Assembly (NCBI GenBank): GCA_044892525.1
Contig: CM097885.1
Location: forward strand, 8,558,001 to 8,622,000
DNA from: Schmidtea polychroa
Taxonomy: Eukaryota
DNA: 64,000 bases
Reading direction: 5' to 3'
Made by a program: the position numbers and the translations under genes. Under the pieces are notes generated by a model, which worked only from the letters and a program-made list of their open reading frames with translations, had not been told where the DNA came from and did no database searches. Positions 52,401 through 64,000 of the stretch are shown here, piece by piece (position 1 is the stretch's first letter; every line of letters begins with the position of its first letter).

Positions 52401-54880
52401 GAATGTGTTTATCTGTGTATTCATTGGTCAACTTATCGATGATTTACTATCGTTAGTGATGCTGCTGGGGTTCACTCGGAACCAAGCAATAGAGGGGCTT
52501 AGAGTCAGCAAGGAAATGCCGACCTGTGTGGAATATATTCTTCGCAGGACAGAGGACCAAGTATTGCTAGCTGAGAAACGGGAAATAGATCACAGACGGC
52601 ACGTAATTGCGAAACGGCTCGGTTTTACGATGGATCACACAAGGTTAGTTGTTTATTTACCAACAATAAGGGGCCTGATGACAATGTATACAGGTCTTAT
52701 TGGGTACTGTAGTAAGTTATATTTTTTTATTATTATTTACCTTTTAAATAAAAAAACTATGTAGTTTAATTCTCTATAGTAAAATATAGTAAAATTTACA
52801 AAAAAAATAAATAAATAAAAGAATTATGAATATGAATGCTATGAAGAATATGAAAATTATGAAAGTTATATATGATTTCCTTCATGACTTCCTATTGTCC
52901 AGGTGAATAAATTTTGATACGTTAACTGCTTTTTTATTGGTTTAATAAAAGTAGTAATAAAAGCAGTCCAGATACAATTTTTAAAGCTGATGCTGCTGGG
53001 TACTACAGATTTCTCCCGTAATTGGTATTGCGAGTAGGATACTACCACATGTATAAATAATGACAATAAATAAAGGCTTGATAATGAATAAGATATATGG
53101 GTATAAATAATGATGATAGTAAATAAGGGCATTAATGACAATGTATAGGTGCATTGATTAGGATAAATAATGATTTAATGACAATAAATAAAGGCTTGAT
53201 AATGAATAAAGGACAATGACAATATAGGGGCATTGATGGGTATAGATAATGACATGGTAATGAATAAGGGCCCTAATGATGTATACAGACTGTAAATGAA
53301 TAAGGGTGTAATGACAATATATAAGGGCTGGATGACTATATATAGGGCTCATTAATAGCAAAAATAATGACTGAATGACAATAAATAAGGACTTTGTAAT
53401 GTATAAGGGTCTTAATGACAATTTATCGGGGCGTGATGAAAGTAAATGAGGTCTTGATGACAATTAATATTTATTTTGATTGGTTGTTTTCATTATTTGT
53501 TTGTTTTGACTGTTTTGTACATTCGAATCATATCTAAACATATTCTACTAAGAAATAATTCCTTATAAGATATTAATTCATAACTAACCCATCAATATCA
53601 TTAAATGCTCTATTAATTATCTGTAGCAATCAACATGGCTTTATCATTTGCTCTCATCGATTATTTCGTTCATATTTGATACAAAATATCTGCACTCATA
53701 TTGGATCTGTCTTGCCGTCTTTGGCCAGTATTATATTATTTTCTACATTATACTCAAATATAGCAAAATGCACTTTAATATCTCAGCTAATTTGCATTTT
53801 TCTAAATAATTATATAAGTCAATTGCAGACAGTTTCCATAGGTACTTCTCCTAGCAACACAAATATTGATGTTAATAGATATTGAATTTGTTTATATCAT
53901 TTGTGCAATGAAGTTATTTGATAACGATATATTAAATTACCACGTATAAATCTGTTCAGTATAAATCTTGATGTGCTGGAAAGGCTCATTGAACAGTCAC
54001 ATATGAACAATGGTCTTTGTTTAGCAGCAGTTCGACGAGCTAATAACAATTTCAATGACGCTATGGAACTGCTATTCACTCATCAAGACCAATTATTAAC
54101 AGACCTAGCAGAACAACAAGAACAAGGGATTGTTACTGATGGAGATATTAGATACGAGGCAGTTCTAGAGGAGAAAAATGCTATTCATAAAGTAGAAACA
54201 TTGATTTAATATAGGACTTATCTGTTTTTGAAGATCGAGAAAAGGGTGAATAAAGATAGAGAGATCATCAGGAAATGTTTGCGTCAGTCATATGGCAACA
54301 TTGAGATGGCAATAGATTCATTGGTTGCTGGAAATCTCACCGTAGCAGCCGCAGCAGCAGCAGATGACTGTCCTATCATGTCTCATTCCAGCTCTCCAGG
54401 AGAAATGAGTTCCAGTGCGAATAATATTGACATGTATGTATAAAATCATTATCTATCCCATGGTTCCCAGCCAAATAGCAATTAATTAATGGCTTACTGC
54501 TACAATTAGGTTACTTAAGGTTAGATTCAGCGATCCCCTAGGTAACAGAAATGGTTATTTATTACCATAGCAACTGCACATAGGTCGATTATAATTTGAC
54601 ACTGTCCATTATTAGCAAAACCTTTGATGTCATCATTTCTGGTTGCTATTGTAACCGGGTGGGAACCATTGACCCGAATTATTATCTATTGTAATCAATA
54701 TTCAATAGAACGGAATTGGAACGTGAAATATACGAAACAATTGGAGACAACGCTCAATTTTCCCAAGAAAATCAATACATTAATCCCGATTTGGTTCATG
54801 AAATAATGGCCTTCAACAAATTTGCCCAGATGCTCAGCATTCAAGAAATTACATATGACATAAACACCTTTGCCTGGTAA
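49483..54880 (+). CDS. NUB1: NEDD8 ultimate buster 1 (multi-exon; exon boundaries not all resolved)
   Basis: IRLCDDPYT, ubiquitin-like IKIIFRGKLI, LEADEAF, DNVAILQLDIVWCY, KKCYGE..ERI, RLYLLKAI and UBA-like LGFTRNQAIEGLR, plus further UBA-like exons. Confidence 0.88.
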
Positions 54881-54970
54881 CCAACTGCAACGACAACAAA
54901 AACTCAACTGATTTATTTTAAAAAATAAACTTATTGATTAGTTCGGTTTTGATATAAAAATATTTTCATT

Positions 54971-58640
<3,670 letters not shown>

Positions 58641-60834
58641 ATCATTAAAATAACTTGTAAAGAAATTATAATTTTTAAAATTTTAAATTTGATAACAATC
58701 TAGCATAAACAGCAAATAAGTCATTATAACAAAGAAAACCTTAAACAAGTTATATAAATTATTATGAGAAAAATATAAATTGTATAATTCAAAAAATTAT
58801 TCTTATCAATATTTTAAATAAAATTTGAAACTTGAAAAAAGTTTAAAATGTTTGTAATTCATAAAATATATAATTTTAGTATTGAATCGCAATGGTTTGG
58901 CAAGAGGCTAAGTTGCGCACAATTCAAGTCAATTCAATTCAATGTCCCCACATTAGTAAAACTGGTGAAAGAAGAACTTGTTTAAATACCGAAGGTATAA
59001 ACAGACAAACAAAGGCATCCGTTTGAAATTAAACATAAAAAGCTTGTTATGAAAAAATAAATAATCGTATTGTGGGGATGTAACGTTTGACTATTTCAGT
59101 CTCCTTAACTGTTAAGGCACTTTAATATAAGAGTCATTGTGACTTGGGCTTTGGCCACTTATATAGACCTGTTGCATTGGTTACAGGCTGTCTTCGATAT
59201 CAAAGTCATTGTGCTGTGCAGTCATTATTATTGTAAGCTGATTCAATATTGTATATAATCCAGTGACCTTATGTGCCCACTCTTTGTCTTGATTTTAGTC
59301 CTACTTCTGTAATTTTTGTTAAGAACATAATAACGAATGTAAATTTGTTGTGATCACGAGTCAATACAGGTCAAAGAACCAATAATTGTGAACGCAATTT
59401 TTAAATATTTCTTAGTTTAGTCCCGATTATAAAAGCTGTACATTTGAAAGAACTTTTATTATCATTCCGTCTATGCCACTACGTAAATTTAAGCGACTTA
59501 GAATAAATAATAAGATTCCCATTTCCGCCAATTACCTGAAACTACTGACAATCGTTTGGGAATTATCATAACATCCGATTCACCGTAGGCCTTATCACAA
59601 GTAAATTAGTCGATCGAAATAGTCACTGCCATTCGCATTAACAATTAGGTATAAACAGGAACTGTCGTCACGAATCGACTTACGGATAATTCCATCAAAA
59701 CTAGAATTCGGTGAATGTCTGCAAGAGACAGAACACAATGCATCATCCTGGTAGATAATTAATGTTACGTTTACAGAAAATTTTTAATTTAATTATAATT
59801 TCAAATCAATTTGGCGAAAGGATAGGTAAACGGAAACCTCACTTAAAGTGTGAAGCGCGCTGAATCGTCTGTTTGATTGAAATAAAGAGTTAATTAGTTA
59901 ATTAGATAACTAGCCTCTAAATATTTCCCCTCATTTAAATTTAACTTGGCCTGATAAATATCGAGTTTATTTAAATTAAGTATTTTTGGAGGTTATATTT
60001 GCGTCTAATGAGTTTAATGAGTTTAATGTTTTTTGAGTTTAATGATAAAGTAAATAGATGGATATGTTAAATAATCAAATCTCGTCCCCAAGTTTGGCAA
60101 AGTTGCTTTGGTTATGATATGTCGATGAGTAAAGATTAAGTCGAATTCGATAACAATGTAGAATGTCTAAGAGATAATTGCATGAACACAAATGAACAGT
60201 TTCGTAGAGTCTTGACCCTGAGATATCTGATCGTACACCTTTCTTAACCGTTCTATTAAGCCACCCCATGACTCATTGTAAATTTTCGTGTGCTGATAAG
60301 AACGCAAATCTTCGACAGTTAAATGACTATTTCGGAGTTTTAAAGAAGCGGATTGGCACGCTTGAAAGTACGTGGTTCTCCCCAACACTCATGAAATAGG
60401 CAAATAAGAAAATTTTGCAGAGAAACCCTTGCCTAATACAGTCATACCTGCCACTGCTTCCACTTCTACACTTTTTTATGACTCACAACTGGAATTAGAT
60501 ATCACCGCTATGCTAAACGAGACTGAAGTGTTTTGATGAAACATAAAGTTAAAGCATTTGCGACAAAAATAATGAGCAATTTAATTCCCAACAATTCTAC
60601 AATATTGGAAAGTTCAAGCAATAATGAAGATGATAAGTCAGAATGTCTGAACCAATATAAAAATACAAAAATATATATTTCTTCTTTTACGATACGGAAA
60701 CACCAAAATTCACAGAATTTAAGCTTGGAAAATGAATACAAACAATTCGAAAATTTGTACAACATCATACTAATAATAAGGCTAACTTATACTGCCTCCG
60801 AGCGAGTCAAATAGTTGGAAATATCAAAATCATT

Positions 60835-61250
60835 ATTGGAATATAAAAATAATTATTGGAAATATCAAAATGATTATTGGAAATATCAAAATCAATATTG
60901 GAATATGTTAGCCACCTTAACCAGATGTTTGGTTCATCCCACATCGCCAATTCTGCTTACCAAAAATGAAGAAAGACACACCTCGAACCCATTTAAAGTT
61001 TGAGAATTAGTTGAGAACATTTCGTCCCCAATACTTCTAATCATTCGCTTTACCAGGTTAAACTACAATCACAAATATCAGTTATCCTGAGGGAAACTTC
61101 GGAGACAAGCAGCTACTAGATGGTCCGATTAGTCTTTCGCCCCTATACTCATGTCCGACAAAATCAATATTGGAATATCAAAAATCAATATTGGAAATAT
61201 CAAAATGATAATCAATATGTAAAATAACCAAAATCAATATAGGAAATGTC
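60835..61250. repeat. ~21-bp minisatellite (TTGGAAATATCAAAATCAATA) interrupted by an rRNA fragment
   Basis: Units at 60835-60905 and 61160-61250. Confidence 0.75.
60908..61159 (-). rRNA. Isolated ~250-bp fragment of eukaryotic LSU (28S) rRNA, non-functional
   Basis: Reverse-complement LSU blocks GTTCATCCC..ATCGCCA.TTCTGCTTACCAAAAATG, ACCCATTTAAAGTTTGAGAAT, TCTAATCATTCGCTTTACC, TATCCTGAGGGAAACTTCGG and GATTAGTCTTTCGCCCCTATAC. Confidence 0.88.
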
Positions 61251-61512
61251 CAAATCGATGGAAATAACCCAGAAATCGATAATAAATCGATGGAAATAAC
61301 CCAGAAATCGATAATAAATCGTATGTGTATAAAAAATCGATTAATGTGCATAAAAAGTCTATAAAAATGTGATAATTATTATAATATAATAACAATAGAG
61401 AAATACAAAATTACACAAGCCCAGTTTTATTTATCATAATTTAAAGCATTGTGATAATAATCAATAGAAATCTCGGCATGGTGTCATTCACAGATATATG
61501 TATATGTGGTTC

Positions 61513-61752
61513 TCATTCCACCATCATTTCGAAACTCAAGTCGGTGTCAGAATGGTCCTGCTCATACAGCACTAAGATATCTGATGCTAATGTCCGGATA
61601 CGGCCGAATAACGGAGTAGAGTTGACTGATAGCGATTCGATTGATGCGATCAGATCCGGGTGGCGCTTTAGGATGGCTGCGTAGCGTTTTCCTGTAAATG
61701 TAATGATCCGTAATTCGCATCGATCACTGACAATAGGAAGCAAATGGGACTC
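61513..61752 (-). CDS. Probable terminal exon of an unidentified host gene
   Basis: GC-balanced open frame between very AT-rich tracts with an AG at its 5' edge. No family recognised. Confidence 0.4.
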   Translation of the reverse strand, partial: ESHLLPIVSDRCELRIITFTGKRYAAILKRHPDLIASIESLSVNSTPLFGRIRTLASDILVLYEQDHSDTDLSFEMMVE

Positions 61753-62340
61753 CTCGTTTGTGATATTTTATTTAAATTTTTATATTTTTTTTTAAATTTT
61801 TTTTAGATTAAAATTTATTTTTCCCAATTTTATTTAAAATTTTAAATTATGAAATGAATAAAAAATTATTTTTTCTTAATTTTCAATAATTTTATTTTTT
61901 TTAAATAAAAATTTTTTATAAATTTTTTTTAATTTTTTTTTATAAATTTTCCTCGTTTGTAATATCATATTTAAATATTTATATTTTTTTTAAAATTTTT
62001 TTTAGATTAAAATTTATTTTTCCCAATTTTATTTAAAATTTTAAATTATGAAATGAATAAAAAATTATTTTTTCTTAATTTTCAATAATTTTATTTTTTT
62101 TAAATAAAAATTTTTTATAAATTTTTTTTTAATTTTTTTTAATTTTTTTTTATAAATTTTCCTCGTTTGTAATATCATATTTAAATATTTATATTTTTTT
62201 AAAATTTTTTTTAGATTAAAATTTATTTTTCCCAATTTTATTTAAAATTTTAAATTATAAAATGAATAAAAAATTATTTTTTCTTAATTTTCAATAATTT
62301 TATTTTTTTTTAAATAAAAATTTTTTATAAATTTTTTTAA
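61752..62340. repeat. Three tandem ~200-bp AT-rich units
   Basis: Units start CCTCGTTTGT at 61752, 61951 and 62161. Confidence 0.85.
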
Positions 62341-64000
62341 ATTTGTTAATTTTCAATAATTTTCAATTTATTTTATTTTATATTTAAAATCATTTTTATT
62401 TTTATATTTTTTTAATCTTTTAATAAATCTTTTAATAATTTTTTTATATTTAAAATTTATTTTTCTTTATTTTAATTTGTTCCTAATTTTATTTAAAATT
62501 TAAAATTATAAAATTAACTTTGTCCCTTTTTAAATTAAAATTTTAAATATTATTTTTCTATTTAAATTTTACCATTTTTAAAAATTTGTTCTTAATCCTA
62601 TTAAAAATTTTAAAATTATTATTTTATTATTTTTCTTTTCAATAATCTTATATTCTTAAATTTTTCTTTTTGTAAATAAAATTTTTTTAATTTTTAAAAA
62701 CATTTAACATATTAATTCTATTTTAAAATTAATTTTTATTTTTTTAAATTAAAATTAAAAATTTTTTCTTGAATTATTTTTATTTTTATATATATTTAAA
62801 AAATTAATTTTTCTTTTTATAATTCTATTTAAAATTTAAAAAATTATTTTTCTATATATTTTAATTTATTTATAAAGATTTGGAAATAAAGTGGAATTTT
62901 GAATTTTTCTCAATGTTTTCAGTCAATACCTTGAGTTATTGGATGAAAGGACAAAAGAAGAAAAAGAGAAATGAAAAAAGAATTCAAGGAAAAAAGAAAT
63001 AAAATTGTGGGGAAAATAATTTATATTGAATCATTTTTTATTTATTTTCAATATTTATTTTTAATATGTAGCAATAATTCTTGAGACTTGAGAAGAAACT
63101 AATTGTCAAAGATTTAATGTCAAAGATTTAATGAAGACTAAAATACTGTTGCGGGAAAGTACAAAACTTAATTTAATTTGTATATTAGTATAAAAATGAT
63201 TTTTCTTAGGGCTGATTTTTTATAGGATGGGATTCCCAAATAATTTAAAAGGGGGAAATTAAATATTATTTAATTAGTATAATAACCAAAGAAACATACG
63301 TTCAATTTTCATCGTATGCCTAATAGCCCATAGCGCCCATAATAAAATAGCTCGTGACGATTCTCCCCTTTTAATGAGATTCTCGAACGGAGAAAATGAT
63401 CGGTAACTGGCCATGAGGAAGTTTGGAGTGACCCATGATTCGACTGCAGTATACTGAAATAATGTTTAGCGAAATTCATATCATATCCTAAATGCATTTC
63501 ACGCAACTATAAAAGTAGTAAAACATACAATGCAATTCTCGTAAAATGACTTGTCCAATTCGCATTTCTCTTTCCATTCGAGGTTACTTATTAGTAGTAG
63601 ATTTGAAAGAATACCTCCGGCGAAATATGTCATTTGAATGTCTTCTTGAACGAGCATTTTACTGGAAATTAATTACTTTTGAAGTAGTGATACATGGATT
63701 TGTGAAATTTTTAATCAAAGAGTCACTGGCGTAGCTACCTCACTTAATTTACGCGTGTAAACTATGTGGTTTATCAAAAAAAAACCAAAATAGGTCGTTA
63801 AAGTTGCCTGAATATATTGCATTTGCGTATAATCACCAATTATAATGTTTATAATAAAATAAATAACAAAATGAAATTATAATTATAATTATCAAATTAC
63901 AATAAAAATATAGCTATTTTTTAAATTTAAAATCAAGCAATATAAAAATCAAATATAAAAATATATAAATCGATCACAGAAATCATCAATTTAAAAGTTT

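Overview
AT-rich eukaryotic (probably invertebrate animal) DNA with short 40-55 nt GT-AG introns. Host genes are a TRAF-family gene (6112-7566), a degenerate TRAF paralog (~42.8-43.6 kb), NUB1 and katanin p60. Between ~9 and ~45 kb lies a nest of Polinton/Maverick elements. It includes a 16-kb inverted pair of pPolB arms, a remnant with integrase/penton/major capsid, and a 9.27-kb internally deleted element with intact TIRs and a 6-bp TSD that carries TBP-like and Bcl-2-like genes. The main observation is a ~6.0-kb, apparently complete linear ssDNA-virus genome (17142-23147) inserted without a TSD into a Polinton pPolB gene. It has Y-shaped terminal hairpins and a parvovirus-type capsid gene. 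In place of a normal NS1 it has a spliced CRESS-type HUH+SF3 Rep plus a separate parvoviral SF3 helicase lacking a nuclease domain, and each ITR holds a TATTAC stem-loop oriented as a terminal-resolution site would be. All protein calls come from motif recognition by eye; no searches were run.
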